Positions 1 through 14,776 of a stretch of DNA of 64,000 nucleotides are shown here, in pieces (the stretch's first letter is position 1; every line of letters begins with the position of its first letter). The translations under genes and the position numbers were made by a program. Under the pieces are notes generated by a model, which was given only the letters and a program-made list of their open reading frames with translations, searched no databases and had not been told where the DNA came from. The DNA lies in assembly GCA_951406725.2 (NCBI GenBank), contig OX597824.1, positions 43,524,001-43,588,000 on the forward strand. Reading direction: 5' to 3'. This DNA is from Octopus vulgaris. Lineage: Eukaryota.

Positions 1-57
1 AGGTTGACTGGATTGAGAGTATTATTTTCCTTCATTCAACTAATGCTGCCATTCTTT

Positions 58-103
<46 letters not shown>

Positions 104-667
104 ATTTCATCACATCTATTTAATGTCTATGAAGAGAGGTGGGTTTCTTAAATCGAGAGTAAAGGACGTATTGGAATTTGGGATTGTGTTTGATTACGTT
201 TACATATGAGTGTGCGTATGTACATGTGTGTTTTTCTATAACATATTTGGAAATCTTGTTCTTTATTATTTCCTTGTTTTTTTCTTCAGTTTCCACTGAT
301 ACATTTTTGTTTTCTTTTGGTTAGTTTCTTTTGTGTTTCCTTAGCTTTTTTCACTCAATTTCTTTTTTTTTTTTTTTTCATTTTTGTTAAGATAAATCAA
401 TTAAGACATAAAATGTCATTCGCCTTCCACTGGTTCACATTTTCTTTTCTCTATTTTTTTCTCTCATCTCTGATCCTCTCCACCTCCCTCTATTCCCCTC
501 TTTTTCCTTTGTACCACTCTTTTATTCTACATAACTTGCCAGTATTTGTTTACCCACTCTACTCCTCACATAATTCTCTTTCTAATCCGGCCTTTTTTTG
601 TGTTCTTTTTTCACTTCTCTCCACCTCATTTTTCATATTTTCTTAATTTGTTTATTTATTTCATTCA

Positions 668-897
668 CTTCTTCCTCTTCTTTTTCTTCTTCCTCTTCTT
701 TTTCTTCTTCCTCTTCTTTTTCTTCTTCCTCTTCTTTTTCTTCTTCCTCTTCTTTTTCTTCTTCCTCTTCTTTTTCTTCTTCCTCTTCTTTTTCTTCTTC
801 CTCTTCTTTTTTCTTCTTTTTCTCTTTCCTCTTCATTTTCTTCTTCTTCCACTTCTTTCTCTTCTTCCTCTTCTTCCTCTTCTTCTTTTTCTTCTTC
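668..897. repeat. 18-bp pyrimidine minisatellite (TTTTCTTCTTCCTCTTCT)n grading into (CTT)n
   Basis: About 8 near-perfect 18-bp units; this explains the EEEEEK and poly-F ORFs. Confidence 0.9.
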
Positions 898-1207
898 ACC
901 ACGTTTATTTTATTTTAATTATTTTCTTTTCATCGTTCTTATTCGTTTTCCATCTTCTTCCTTATTATTGCTACTACTTATTCTTATTATCTTCTACATT
1001 TGATAATAAAAGAAGGCCGAAAATACTGACAAAAGCCATTGTTCTTGGTGGTGGTGTTGGTACAACCACTACTAAACACAACGGGATTGTCATAATAATA
1101 GAAGTGTTTGATCAGGGCTGATCCAAATGGGCTAAATAATAAGCACAATGTAAAATTTGACTATTTGCAAATCACATAAAATCTTATTTCTGTGTGTGTA
1201 TGTGTGC

Positions 1208-1265
<58 letters not shown>

Positions 1266-1539
1266 ACGCGCATGCGTGATTGCCGCTGTGCGCACGCGAT
1301 TTAGAATTTCGGTCAGATGACAGGTGGAAATATCATCACGTGCAAATCTCCAACTCCAACTAAGACACTATCACTAAAAGCAACACTAAACGAAAAAACA
1401 AAGCACTCACTACAAAATCGTCATTATACATCCAAATGCTATCATTCTAAGCTAATCACTATCACCACTACTACCATCAATAGCAACATCAAAAATGCGA
1501 TCTCCAAAAGAAACACAAATACTATCAAACGAAAATATT

Positions 1540-2950
1540 TCTGCAAATTATGACCGGTTTTATTTTATCAAATTTTCTTTTGTCGACTTCTTTCTCAATT
1601 TTCAAAGCTTATGCCTATCTGGCGGTCTCTTTATCCCTTCATCCACAAACGTTTCTTGTTATTTCCCGTGATGTGTTTATTCTTATGTGAACGTGGTTAG
1701 AGTAATAAACAAATACACATAGAAGGACACATACTAATAACAATAATACCACATTAAAAATTATTGTCTGTTGGGATGATAATCTGATGAGGAGGTACTT
1801 TCATTCTTGATTTTCCTTGACAAAGACATCCGGCAAAGTAGCCTTTTTGCATTGGCATATGCGGGAGTATTGGTTGATTTGTTATTCTTGAGACTGTAAC
1901 TGGCTTATAACGTTTCATAATGCCAGCGTTAATTTCTAGTGTATGAAACTCTCAACTTTTTCATGCCAGTAAATCTACTCTCTCTCTCTCTCTCTCTCTC
2001 TCTTCATTAGGACTGATCAGACAGAGACAATGTAGTTCATTATATTTTCTCTATTTTCACATATTCTGCACGTATTTAATTTATTCTGCATCATTTCATA
2101 TTTTTGAAAGGGTTCTGGTTCGAAGTCGTTGAGTCTGTGCCCTAATCGAGAATCCCATAGTTTCATATTTTATTACTGTCCTTTTCATACAGTGCTATAG
2201 TTTTTATCTCACAGCTATGTAGGAGCTTTTCTTACCACCGTTTAAGCATACTATTCGGTAACCCATTTTAACTTAGGCTTTAACTGTTTTACAATTTCTG
2301 TCGATGATATTCCATCTTTCTCACAATTGTCAGTAACTCTAGCTTCTATTTTTCACTTTTTAGTTTCCTTGGAAACAGTGTTTTATGTTCTGTGGCTATT
2401 TGTAATACGTTTCCGTTACACTTTATTGTGTATTTACGTAATCCTGCATTGGATATTTTATAATAGGGCCTTATAAAACTAGAAAGTTATCCCCCTATTG
2501 TCATAATAAATATAATCTTTCTGTTCTCAAATTTGGATGCTGCATTCTGTACACTGTCATTAATTTTCTTGTTTTTCAATTTTGTCTTGATAATTCATTT
2601 AGCGTTCAGTTTAAAATATTATAAATATGACAGTTAACCTATATTTTGCTTTTAGTTTGGTTTCAACTATTAATATAAGGAATTCATAATATGCATTCCT
2701 AACCTTTTATCTCATTTGTATGTGCTTTATTATCAAATTAACTGAATCCTAATTATTTATAAGTATATATATATGGCCTGCTCTCTCTTTCCTTTACGTA
2801 ACATTCCTTTGTGTAACATATTCGTTCTCAGTTTACCTATCTTCAAGTTTGTTTTGACACAGGTTTCTAATCTGAATCTCGTGTGGGTCCTCTAATAAAT
2901 ATGTGTGTTATTTGTGGCAATGTTTCAAGTTCTTTATCAGCAATAGTTTA
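1540..2950 (-). mobile_element. Highly degenerate R4/Dong-type RLE LINE fragment
   Basis: The minus strand near 2005-2165 reads ETMGFSIRAQTQRLRTR...CRICENRENIMNYIVSV*SVL, homologous to ETEGFLIAAQDQ...CRICG...INHIISGCPVL of the 25-kb copy. Boundaries are approximate. Confidence 0.55.
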
Positions 2951-2994
2951 CAACTTTACCTCAAAATGCAGTCCATTGCATTCCTAGATGGTAC

Positions 2995-3190
2995 GTTGGC
3001 AGAATTGTTAGAGTGTCAGAAAAATTGCTTTTCGGTATTGTTCCGGTTCTTTACGTTCTGAATTCAATCCCGCCGAAATCAACTTCTGGGGTCGGTAAAA
3101 TAAGGCACAGGCCAAATACTGGTGTCGATGGAATCGACTTACCTCTCCCCTTAATATTTCGAGCCTTGTACCTATATCAGAAACAATTGT
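2995..3190 (+). mobile_element. tRNA-derived SINE, family C (degenerate)
   Basis: TGGCAGAATTGTTAG...TTTACGTTCTGAATTCAATCCCGCCGA...GGTGTCGATGGAATCGACTT...GCCTTGT, shared with the copies at 14.8, 24.0, 36.8 and 48.6 kb. Confidence 0.7.
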
Positions 3191-4404
3191 TGTTGTAGTT
3201 CATGTTGTTCTTGTAGGTTACTTAGAACATAGGACAAAATAGATCGCAATATTTAGTTACACCCTTTTACGATCTATATTCAAATCACTTCAAAGTATAG
3301 CTTGCTTTGGAGGCCAATACTGTAAGTATTACAGATTAAGACAGATAAATTATGTTGTCTAGTCTAGGTATTTGTGATCTGACAGTTTCATTGCTATATC
3401 CAATAAATTAAATATATTATTTCCATCTTGCCAAAAGACGCATGGTGTCAGATAATAAAATCCTTATTTCAAGCAAACATTGAAGTAAAAGTTACTATCA
3501 AAGAAATCAATGAGTAAGTTCTGAAAAGGCTATTGTTCAGCAGATATATAAAAAAAAATGTCCCATTATGATCAATAAAACCAGTATGTAAGTGTCTACA
3601 TGTTCTTATCTGCATATCTACTAAACCCTACATGCATCAACATGCAAAGCATAAAGATAAATATCTCTCTAAATAACAATCAATACATGTAGGAATCCAT
3701 ACATGGCATGTTTCTACACGTTGAAACAAGTACGTGCATGTATCTTTATATTTTGAAGTGTACGTAGGTGTGTACGATAGACCTTAACTTTTACTTACAA
3801 AAGTCATAAAGATACAAGACAAGTTCCTTTTTAAATATGCAAATAATTCCGATTAGTCAACAGTAGATGATTAATTGCACGAATGATTGAAATATGTGCT
3901 GTTTTCTTTCTTCATGGAAAACAAATTTAACAACTCTTCAGTATTCCTCAAGTATTAAATTATATTTGAAACTAATGGCAAAATTATTGTAAAATATAGA
4001 TTAGGAATTGTTGAAACAATGACTTAATCAGATATATTAAAATTTTCAACCTAAAGATTCTTGCATTACATGTGAACTGTCTATTATGGCTTTTCTGGTC
4101 AAAATTTCAAGTCAGCTACAAGATTTGGGCTTGCTTTAAGGAATACGTATTGAAAAATTGTACGTTAAATAATATATTTAGATATCTCCTATGTGTGCAG
4201 GTACTTATATGTATGAATAACTACATGTACAATACCTCACAGAAAGATATACATAAGTAGGTATACAATACCTCATGGAAGTGACACTAGAAAAATCTTC
4301 TTTGGTTAAACCTAAAATACAATGGAACGGATGTATGCGCCTTTCTATGTATGTTTGACTAGGAAAACAAGCAAAATTAATCCCCATGCATACGCGTGTG
4401 TGTA

Positions 4405-4532
<128 letters not shown>

Positions 4533-4602
4533 TGTGTATTTGCATGACCATATGTATTCATATACTTAAAGTAAAACTAGGCGCATCCTTGCGGCAATAA
4601 GT

Positions 4603-4652
<50 letters not shown>

Positions 4653-5044
4653 GTACTTATTATATATATATAGTCCAGAAAAAGGATGAGATGCTACAAA
4701 TTAGATTTAATCAGAAACCTCAACCTTCAAACTCCGAGTAAGCTTAGTCCATATACTCAAAAGTTTCGGTCCATAGTGACTCGGTAGGTAAGGTACAATT
4801 GTTCATATATTAGTTCTTATTGGCTGTTTAACGCTTTCGTGTTCAAAAGTCTCGAAGCTCAACTTCCTTTTAAAATGTACTTTATTCTTTCTTCATCCTT
4901 CAATTAGTTAAATCATCCGTCAATACTTCATTGACTATGTTTGAATAGGAAAACAAACAAAAGTAATGCCCAAGCATTAACTTTCTTAGAGGGAAAGTTT
5001 TTCTGCTGCTACCGATAGTTTGCTATTCTCTACCCATCTTCAAA

Positions 5045-5360
5045 AGGCATGTGGCTCAGTGATTAGAGTAGTAGTAAGGTCGTGGGTTCGATTGCTGGCG
5101 ATGCGTTGTGTCCGTGAACAAGACATTTTATTTCACGTTGCTCCAATCTATAAAAAATGTGGCAAAAATGTGTTAAAAATCTAATTCAAAGGGCCAGCCT
5201 CGTCAGATTCCGTGTCACACTGAATGACCCTGAAAACTACGTTAAAGGTATGCGTGTCTGTGGAGAGCTCAGCCACTTGCACGCTAATTTCACGAAGAAG
5301 CTGTTCCGTTGGTCGAATCACTCGGAACACTCGTTATTGTAACAATTGGAGAGCCAGCCC
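5045..5360 (+). mobile_element. tRNA-derived SINE, family A
   Basis: A-box TGGCTCAGTGA and B-box GGTTCGATTGC; the body is homologous to the minus-strand copy at 21256-21550. Confidence 0.8.
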
Positions 5361-5984
5361 ATCCTCTACCTCCTTCTCAACGTCAAAATAGTGTCCTATC
5401 CTGTAACTCTCGTATTACGTCATCTTATGCATTGCAGTAGGAGCTTCTGATCACGTTTCACGACTCGCAATTAATTCTGAGGACCAAACTCATTCTTCCA
5501 TATCCCCCACTTTTGTCAATGGAGCACATATTGCGGTTTACACCTAGACCTTTCTTTAAATGTTCGCTTGAGAATTTACTGAAGATCTCTCGTGAAGCAG
5601 AAGACTATCAACTACCTCTTTTACTATTTCTGACTAAATTTCTTAGGCAGGGGGAGCACTTTTTTGTGACGTACCGCTTTGAATCATCTCTAAAACTTAC
5701 TTTTCGTTTGTAACGTTAGTAAAGGAGTTGTTAGTGATTTTAGCAACATCGTTCAAGTCTGTATGCTACAAGAAATAATTGAAACATGGCATAGATAACC
5801 TAGACTATCAACGAAACTGGAAAGAATGGCGATAATAATAATAACAAACCAGAGTAAAATTACGTAACTAAAGAAAATTATTTAAATCATATATCCCAGA
5901 TTAGATTTTGTTTCTGAACACTCGTGATCTGCTATATTGTTTTGATATAACTGGTGTACTGAGTGTTAAATATGATATTATTTA

Positions 5985-6180
5985 TCTTCTATTTATGTCA
6001 GTCATTAGATTGTGATCATGAGGGGCACTGCCTTGAGGAGTTTTAGTCGAAGAGATCGATCCCAGAACTTATTTTAAGTCTGGTACTTATTTTTGCTGCC
6101 TCTTTTGCCGAACCGTAAACAAATAAACACCGGTTGTGCGGGGAGAATGACACACACAAAGATACACATATCAACACACA
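5985..6180 (-). mobile_element. SINE family B, 3' half
   Basis: Reverse complement matches the tail of the 8522-8944 copy. Confidence 0.7.
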
Positions 6181-6271
6181 GCTATATATATATATATATA
6201 TAATGACAGCTATATATATATATATATATATATATATGACACACACACAAGATACACATATCAACACACAG

Positions 6272-6313
<42 letters not shown>

Positions 6314-6985
6314 CTTACTTGTTAATACAAATTCGGTATGTGTTGCGTTCCATTATTTGATAAATGAAAATAATGTATAAACAAACGATGTAACATATAC
6401 TGAATGTAGAAATGAATGGGAGACAAACAGTAGATATCGTTAAGGTGCGATAAGGTCTCCCGTTCGTTTCTAGATTCAGCATACGTTACGTGGTTTGTTT
6501 ATACATGTTTTCATGTATGTGTATATATATATATATATACACGCGACGCGATCCACAAAGATTCCGTCAACCAAATACTATAAATTAGACTAATCTATTA
6601 CTAGACGAATTAGACTAATCTATCTGTGGGACTCCGTTGTCAATTTAAAAGTGGAGGTTTTTGTAGGAATAGAGTGTGTACGTACAAGTATAGATTACGT
6701 TGCCTAAATACAACGTAACACAGAATAAGCGAATGAGAGTGTATGTGCTAGTGATGGTGTTTGCTTGTGTGTGTGTTTGTGTGTGCGCGCGCGCGTGCAT
6801 GCATGCATTCAATACTAGTATGCTACATTAGGAAATGAGTTCAGTAAAACAGCAACAAATTACATCTCAATTGTGTTTGTTAATCCGGCTCAAACTTGTC
6901 ATAACTGCTACATTAGGCAAAGAGTAAAATAAAAATATATCCAGCCGGTCAAATTAGCTTGGCTGTTCCAACAGGAAAGAAAGAA

Positions 6986-7017
<32 letters not shown>

Positions 7018-7166
7018 GACTAACACACACAGTCACACACACACACACACACACAGAAAGAGGCAAACGATTAAAGTGGATTAGCGTTTTAAATAGCTAG
7101 AAGCACCTAAACATAATCCATCCCTCAACAATTAACGTGTCTTTTCTAATCCTTAACATAGAATTA

Positions 7167-7181
7167 GACAGACAGACAGAC

Positions 7182-7255
<74 letters not shown>

Positions 7256-7298
7256 ATAGATGAATAGATGAATGGATGGATGGATGGATGGATTGATG

Positions 7299-7377
<79 letters not shown>

Positions 7378-7414
7378 GAATAGATGAATGGATGGATGGA
7401 TGGATGGATTGATG

Positions 7415-7485
<71 letters not shown>
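7167..7485. repeat. Compound (GACA)/(GATA)/(GATG) microsatellite with a duplicated ~116-bp higher-order unit
   Basis: GATGAATAGATGAATGGATGG...GATTGATGGA(TAGA)n occurs twice. Confidence 0.85.
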
Positions 7486-8205
7486 TTTGAGCCGGGTCGT
7501 CTGCTGCTGGAGAAGACCGACCTAAGTAAAGGACCTGGGTATCTTGGTGGATTCTTCCTTTTCGCCTTCGGCCCAATGCGTCCATGCTGCCAACAAAGCA
7601 CGCGGAGTTCTGTTTTTGATTCGACGGTCATTCAGAATGCTCACTGCAGCTATATTCCTACCGCTCTATGGGACCCATATTGGAGTACGGGATTCAAGCC
7701 GCTTCTCCTTATCTCCTCAAAGACATACATCATCTCGAAAGAATCGAGAAGGTGGCTACCCGCATGGTTCTTGATCTCAAGCATTTGTCTTATGAAGAAA
7801 GACTGAAGACGCCCGACCTTTATTCTTTCGAAAAACGACGACGCCGTGGTGATCTCATTCTCGTTCACAACATCATAAGCAGAAAGTATAACTTCTCGAA
7901 AGAGCTGTTCTTCACTCCTGCTCCAGAGCGTGGGTTGCGGGGTCATTCCGAAAAGCTCTATCTACGACGATTTTATCTCAATCGAAGGAGAAGGGCTTTC
8001 TTCGTCTGGGTTGCGGATCCATGGAATAAGCTGCCGGACGAGATAGTGAAGATGCCGACGACCGTTCGGTTCAAAGTTTCTCTTGACCAGAAATGGCCTG
8101 AACTCTTTCTATGACCACCCTCCCTGTATATAAGTCTATGTCCCCCCACATGGCCTTGCTTTTGCTTTTTGAGCCAATAAAAATTGAATTGAATTGAATT
8201 GAATT

Positions 8206-8207
<2 letters not shown>
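7486..8207 (+). mobile_element. 5'-truncated CR1-clade LINE (RT C-terminus, 3' UTR, (ATTGA)n tail) inserted in (GATA)n
   Basis: ORF 7668-8114 reads PILEYG...LERIEKVATRMV...LSYEERL...RRRRGDLI...LRGH...WNKLP; AATAAA at 8176 is followed by an (ATTGA)n tail; GATA repeats flank both sides. Confidence 0.9.
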
Positions 8208-8248
<41 letters not shown>

Positions 8249-8521
8249 CACAACAGGAGATAGAGAGAAGTGAAAGATAAGTGAATATATTTTTGAGCAC
8301 ACAATACAAAATGTAAAGTGGTATATTGTTTCTTACAAGTTAAAACCTCACATCCGACTTTCACACTGGCAATCTTCGATAATTTTGCATCGTGCATAAT
8401 TATATGAAGATCGGCAAAGCAAAACTTAAAGTAACGATCTGTGAAGCATCTGTTTCTCTCAGTGTATTTGCGTGTGTTTGTATGCGTAAGAGAACGAATA
8501 GAAAGAGAGATTGAGAGAAAA

Positions 8522-8944
8522 TAGGCGCAGGAGTGGGCGTATGGTAAGTATAGGCGCAGCAGTGGCTGTGTGGTAAGTAACTTGCTTACAAACCATATGG
8601 TTCCGGGTTCACTCCCACTGCGTTGGGCAATTGTCTTCTACTATAGCCTCGGGCCGACCAGAGCTTTGTGAGTGGATTTGGTTGACGAAAACTGAAAGAA
8701 GCCCGTCGTATATATGTGTGTGTGTGTGTATGTGTCTCTGTGTTTGTCCCCCCCCCCCCACACATCACTTGACATCCGATACTGGTGTGGTTACGTTGCC
8801 TAACTTAGCGGTTCGGTAAAAAGAACCCGATAGAATAAGCACTAGGCTTACAAAGAATAAGTCCTGGAGTCCATTTGCTCGACTAAAAGAAGTGGTGCTC
8901 CAGCATGGCCGCAGTCAAATGATTAAAACAAATAAAACAAGAGA
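8522..8944 (+). mobile_element. tRNA-derived SINE family B, near full length, with a duplicated 29-bp head
   Basis: AGGCGCAG..GTGG..GTGGTAAG head, B-box GGTTCACTCCC, internal (TG)n and a CAGCATGGCCGCAGTCAAATGA tail; many partial copies occur in the window. Confidence 0.85.
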
Positions 8945-8989
8945 TTATATGTAATACATACATACGTGAGCACACACGCACGCACACAC

Positions 8990-9041
<52 letters not shown>

Positions 9042-9280
9042 CATTTATATATACATGTACATATATACATGTACATATATACATATGTATATATATATAT
9101 ACGTATATCTATATGTATATATATATACATATACATATATATACATATATATATGTAAGTATATATATATATGTATATATATGTATAGAGAGATAGACAT
9201 ATAGATAGATATAGATATTATATATACATACATATACACACACACAAACATGGATACATATGAATGTATATGTGTGTGCG

Positions 9281-9320
<40 letters not shown>

Positions 9321-9323
9321 CAC

Positions 9324-9356
<33 letters not shown>

Positions 9357-10270
9357 TATATATATATATATACACACACATATATATATATACACACACA
9401 TACATACATACATACATACATACATACATACATACATACATACATACATACATACATACATGCATCATACATACATACAACAATCAAGCCAAAGGTGAAG
9501 AATTATATTCGTTCATAAATTTATTAACTTTCAAACGTTTTGAATGACTTGAACAGTTTCCACATAGTACAATATGTTATGTACAAAATCAATCGATTAA
9601 TTAATCAATTAATCACTTAGTTAATTGGACGATTAGCCTTCAGTCATTTTCTTCGGGGTTTCGAAGTTATGGTAGATTTTCACAAGTCGCCACAAACAAA
9701 ATTTTACAGAAGTGGAAATGTAGGTTATAGGCATATCAAATAAACATCTTGGTTCATTATGTGCTTGCGCAAATTCATAGACCTGAGATATCGGCACGTT
9801 CTCAAGTGCAGGAGTATGTTGGGCGAACTTAGCTTCGGAAAGATTATTACTATCTCACAGTCTTCGGTTGAGATGCATGTAAAGTACGTTAAAGATGGGG
9901 GCGAATGCCAACAGGGTGCACAGTAACATATGCAGAACTTATAAATTAATTATCTGTTTCTTTATTCTTTTAGAGAAATATAAGGTTTACTACGGCTAAA
10001 ATTAATTCAATTAAATGAAAAGTTAAACTGAATTATTTTAGGTGCACTAATTTATATATATATATACATGTGTATGTGTGTCAGCAAGTATGTATAAATA
10101 TATATATATTTGTGTATGTATATGTGTGTTTATATATATACATGTATATATTTATATGCATATTTACATGTGTATGTTTATATAAATGTATGTCTATATG
10201 AATGTACATATATGTGTGTATATCTATTTTTATATGTGTATATATTTATATGTGTGTGTGTATGTGTGTT

Positions 10271-10347
<77 letters not shown>

Positions 10348-10348
10348 A

Positions 10349-11214
10349 CAATGTGCGGTGAATATATTGTCTAAAATACGCAACAGTGAAAATAACACTG
10401 ACATCTCATTTTAACAGATATATTTACCAAAATCACATAAAAATATCTTGAAATACTAAAGAGTAAATCTATTCAATAAAATCGTAATTGGCTTCAACCA
10501 CGGACTCCATACGACTTCGGAATCTCCTGCAGGGTTTTTGGAGGGTCCCCTTGTTTAAGTTGGTGAATGCTGCCAGAATCCTTGCCTTCATTTGGTGTTA
10601 TAAGGAGTTTTGTTGGTCTCTCGCTCAACTATGCTCTACACATAATAATCAAGGGGGATGCAGTCTGGGAAGTTTGGTGGCCAGATGTTAGGGGAGATGT
10701 GGTCTCAGAAATTGTCTGACAGCCATAACTGAATCCTCCTCCTTGTGTGGCATGGTGCAGAGCCCTGTAGCCAAACACAAGGTCTTCTAGCAGCCAAGGG
10801 CAATACTACTCCCTCCAAGCACTTGATGTATACCTCCGTGTTGAGCTTGAGGCCGTGTGGGAAGATGAATGGAGGCATAACGTTGCCATCACTAATAATC
10901 GCTCCAAACATCATGTTGTTGACTGGATGTTTAATCTTTATCACACTCGGTACAAGTCCTCAGATTGCACTGTCCTCATATTGACACTCATACACTCTGA
11001 AATATTCGTATTGGAGCTTCCGGCGCGAATGCCAAACAGCACAGCATGTTGTTTCCAAATTTCTGGTAGAGTGAATAGCATCATGGTGCTGTTTTTCTCA
11101 CAGACGGTGCCCAACTGACCCTACTACACTGTATAGTCGACAAAATCAAAAACAAACAATTCGCATGAGCGATTTACAAAAATAAAATGGCGACAATCTA
11201 CCCATCGCACACTG
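10349..11214 (-). mobile_element. Internally deleted DD37D (maT-like) Tc1/mariner transposon
   Basis: TA-flanked imperfect TIRs (CAATGTGCGGTGAATATATTGTC / GACAATCTACCCATCGCACACTG). Transposase relic Q(G)SAPCH...WPPNFPDCIPLDYY has 37 residues between the 2nd and 3rd catalytic positions and contains stops. Confidence 0.85.
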
Positions 11215-11257
11215 TATATGTATATATATGCATGTATATATATATGTTATATATATA

Positions 11258-11314
<57 letters not shown>

Positions 11315-11732
11315 GTTTGTGTGTGTATTTATGTAAGTACTTATACAAATAACTATGTGTGTCCGTGTTTGTGGGAAGGTGGTATGCATACATGTATATA
11401 TGTATCTATTATGTTGCATGGTATTCGTTTCACCCAAATTGCATAAATACTCCTATTTAACTCTGAACATCGGAAATACAACGGACCATAACGATAGCTC
11501 GAAAGAAAATTTTAATTCACAGGTGCTATTTTGTACCAAATGTAATATAAAATATAGGCATATGCGTATTTATATGTATTTATGATCATTAAACTGACTG
11601 GCATCTTGATAAGACACATAGATATGCACACACGCACGCACACACACACACGCACACACACATACATACATACATTACATATATATATATACATATATAT
11701 ATGCATATATATATACATATACATATATATAT

Positions 11733-11942
11733 TCTCTCTTTTACTCTTTTACTTGTTTCAGTCATTTGATTGCGGCCATGCTGGAGCACCACCTTTTAGT
11801 CGAACAAATCGACCCCAGCCTAGTACTTATTCTATCGGTCTATTTTGCCGAAACGCTAATTTACGGGGATGTAAACACACCAGCATCGGTTGTTAAGAGA
11901 TGTTGGGGGAACAAACACAGACACACAAACACACACACACAA

Positions 11943-11970
<28 letters not shown>
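11733..11970 (-). mobile_element. SINE family B, 3' half
   Basis: Reverse complement of the 8740-8944 tail. Confidence 0.8.
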
Positions 11971-11973
<3 letters not shown>

Positions 11974-12674
11974 GAAGGTTCAAATTAAATTAATCTTAAT
12001 ATAAAACTTGTGGTTCTAGGCTTGCCAATGTGAAAACAGAATTTAGTTCTTATAATCACCATTTACCAATTGCATTGTTAATCATTCTGTTGTATGTATT
12101 AGACGACGAAACCGAAACATATTTGAACATTCGAAAAAATATCTGATAAAGAAAAAGTATTTTGTGTGAAAAACATTCACTAACATTATCGTTAGTTTAT
12201 TTATGTAGAAGAGTATTAACTAGAGATTTAAAAAATTAAGTTATGATAATAATATTTTTCCTTCATTTTTTTTTTAATCTGTCGTAAAACCAAGCTACGA
12301 GTGTCAAATGTGCGCAAACAAACTGCCATGTTTTTCATTTATAACCACAGCTGTGATAATTGAATCAGGCATTTCAAATATATCAAATAAATGAAAGTGG
12401 ATATTAGAAGTGGCTATCAACTGGTAATTTAACTAATTAATTTTGCAAGTCCTAATTATGTTATGACTAACTAGTTTTATGCTTCCTTTGGCAATTCTAC
12501 CTTCGTCTTCCTCGGTCTATTCTTGTAATGTACCTTCTTTTGATACACTAAATATAAATTTATCAACCGAGTGATCATTTTTAATGTTTATCTTTCAATT
12601 GATCGATCACCAGTGAAATATCCTGTGTTTATGTGTGTGTGAGAGAGAGAGACACAGAGAGAGAGAATGTGTAT

Positions 12675-12716
<42 letters not shown>

Positions 12717-13049
12717 CAGATATGGCATCCAATGCTTTACAGAACATAAACACGTTTCATTAAGCTGCATAATTGCATAACGGATGTAGAAACACTATAT
12801 AATCTTACCTTTTACCTCATTAGTGTTCCACATTAAATACAAGAGGAATTGACAATTTTCTCGTTATACAAATTATCAACAACTTTGCATGATACAAAAT
12901 GTGAAAGAGAACACAGGGGAAAAAGCACCATATAATAACAGCAGTAATAATCAGAAGGTGTCTGCCGCTGGTTGTCAGGTTAAATTGGTAAAGGTACTTT
13001 GTCGCATTTCACAGCACCTTTATTCGAGATATGTGTGTACGTATATATG

Positions 13050-13121
<72 letters not shown>

Positions 13122-13347
13122 AGAGAGAGAGAGAGAGAGTAATAGGGTCAATAAGACCCAAAGACCAAAGGTGTCAGGTAATGCTGAGTAAGTGCTATGG
13201 ATATACCATAGTTAAGCTACAAGTTCAGTGATTATGCGAACAAGGAGTCCATCGTAGGTCATATATCAGCAAGTGTATATGTAATTTTTTTTCACAATGA
13301 GATATAAAAAACCAAGGCTGTGAAGATTTTATAACATTTATAAATAG

Positions 13348-13395
13348 GTCTTACAGCTGTTTCCAGGATATTTATTATATCCCTTCATCGGAGAC
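13348..13395 (-). ncRNA. Minimal type I hammerhead ribozyme motif (PLE type), U4C variant
   Basis: Minus strand: GTCT-CCGATGA-A-GGGATAT aataa ATATCCT-G-GAAAC-AGCT-GTA-AGAC, with stems I and II and a palindromic stem III (ACAGCTGT). Confidence 0.75.
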
Positions 13396-13608
13396 GGTAT
13401 GAGAAAACGGTTAAGTAATAGTTAATTTAGATAAGATACGAAATAGAGAGTGAAGTGGAGGAATGAAAACAGATGTGAGATATGCAGGGATATTGCATTT
13501 GTAGATCCATTGTTTAGGCATTCCTCCACTTCACTCTCTATTTCGTATCTTATCTAAATTAACTATTGCTTAACCATATTCTCACACCATCTCCGATGAA
13601 GGGATATA
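13375..13608. repeat. Fold-back inverted repeat (~90-bp arms, ~53-bp loop), Penelope-like end
   Basis: 13375-13465 is the reverse complement of 13519-13608 with a few mismatches. Confidence 0.9.
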
Positions 13609-13720
13609 TAATCCCTTTGTCTGTACTTCTTGTCTCCTCTATGTTTAGCCCCTTGTGGGCAATAAAGAAATAAATATTTAAATGTACATACATACATACA
13701 TACATACATACATACATACA

Positions 13721-13752
<32 letters not shown>

Positions 13753-14074
13753 CACGCACCCACTTACATACATAATTATATTTACATGTATATGCATGTT
13801 TATGTGTGTATGCAAGTAGTAAATTTGATAGTTAATTCGTTTTGAAACAGATATCGATGTACTAGTGGTAAGGTCATTCTGCCAATAAAAACACATACAC
13901 TTGTTATTCTCATTTTTATGAATAACTAATTCATTAATTCGTTTGCCAAGCTGCTCCACCTCAGAACTGTTTTCTTTTCAGTGTTCTTTCTACAACTTTC
14001 TTTAAGCCTTTTCGTGTCTAGTAGTTATGTGAGTGTCTGTGTGTGTATTTGTTTGTGTGTGTGTTGTGTGTGAG

Positions 14075-14152
<78 letters not shown>

Positions 14153-14253
14153 GGTGATGTGTGTGCTTATAGAGGTTAGTGATCATGTCAGTGTTTTCAA
14201 GCGTGTTTGCATCTTTTTGTTTCAGTCATTACGTTTCGTTTTATATGTGTGCT

Positions 14254-14325
<72 letters not shown>

Positions 14326-14776
14326 CGCGTGCGTGAATATAGTTTTGTTGATTTCTCTGCTGTTTTTCTGTCAACTAGGTAGATATCAGGGATTGATTAT
14401 TTTTCTTTATACTACCATCTGTTTTCTTAGTAAGTTATTATTACCTATATAGCTATTATGTGATCACGCGCCAACAGGTATATCTACCCACATATGCGTA
14501 CCTATATGTGTGTATCTGTGTGTACGTGTGAGAATGTTTATACTTACATTTGTGCTCATGCGCTGCTCCATAACATGCACATATGCATATATAGATACGT
14601 GTATACACGCATGCAAGCCACTGTGCTTTTATATACACGTACGAAAAACAGTCACACAGCCTGTTCGTGCACGTACGTATATTGCTGGTTAATCAGATGT
14701 ACAATACTGCATTAAACTGCATAAAATTGCTCTATATGCATTGTGTAATTAATAATATATTATTATTATCATTCTA

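Noticed and set aside
317-1121. Poly-F/S/E/K ORFs
   Set aside because: They are translations of an 18-bp pyrimidine minisatellite, with no domain or splice support
1781-1810. CTGATGAGGAG core-like motif
   Set aside because: No downstream GAAA and no stems; it lies within an antisense LINE relic
8945-9547. YI/CV/HT-repeat ORFs here and throughout the window
   Set aside because: Dinucleotide and tetranucleotide microsatellites lack stop codons, so these ORFs are artefacts
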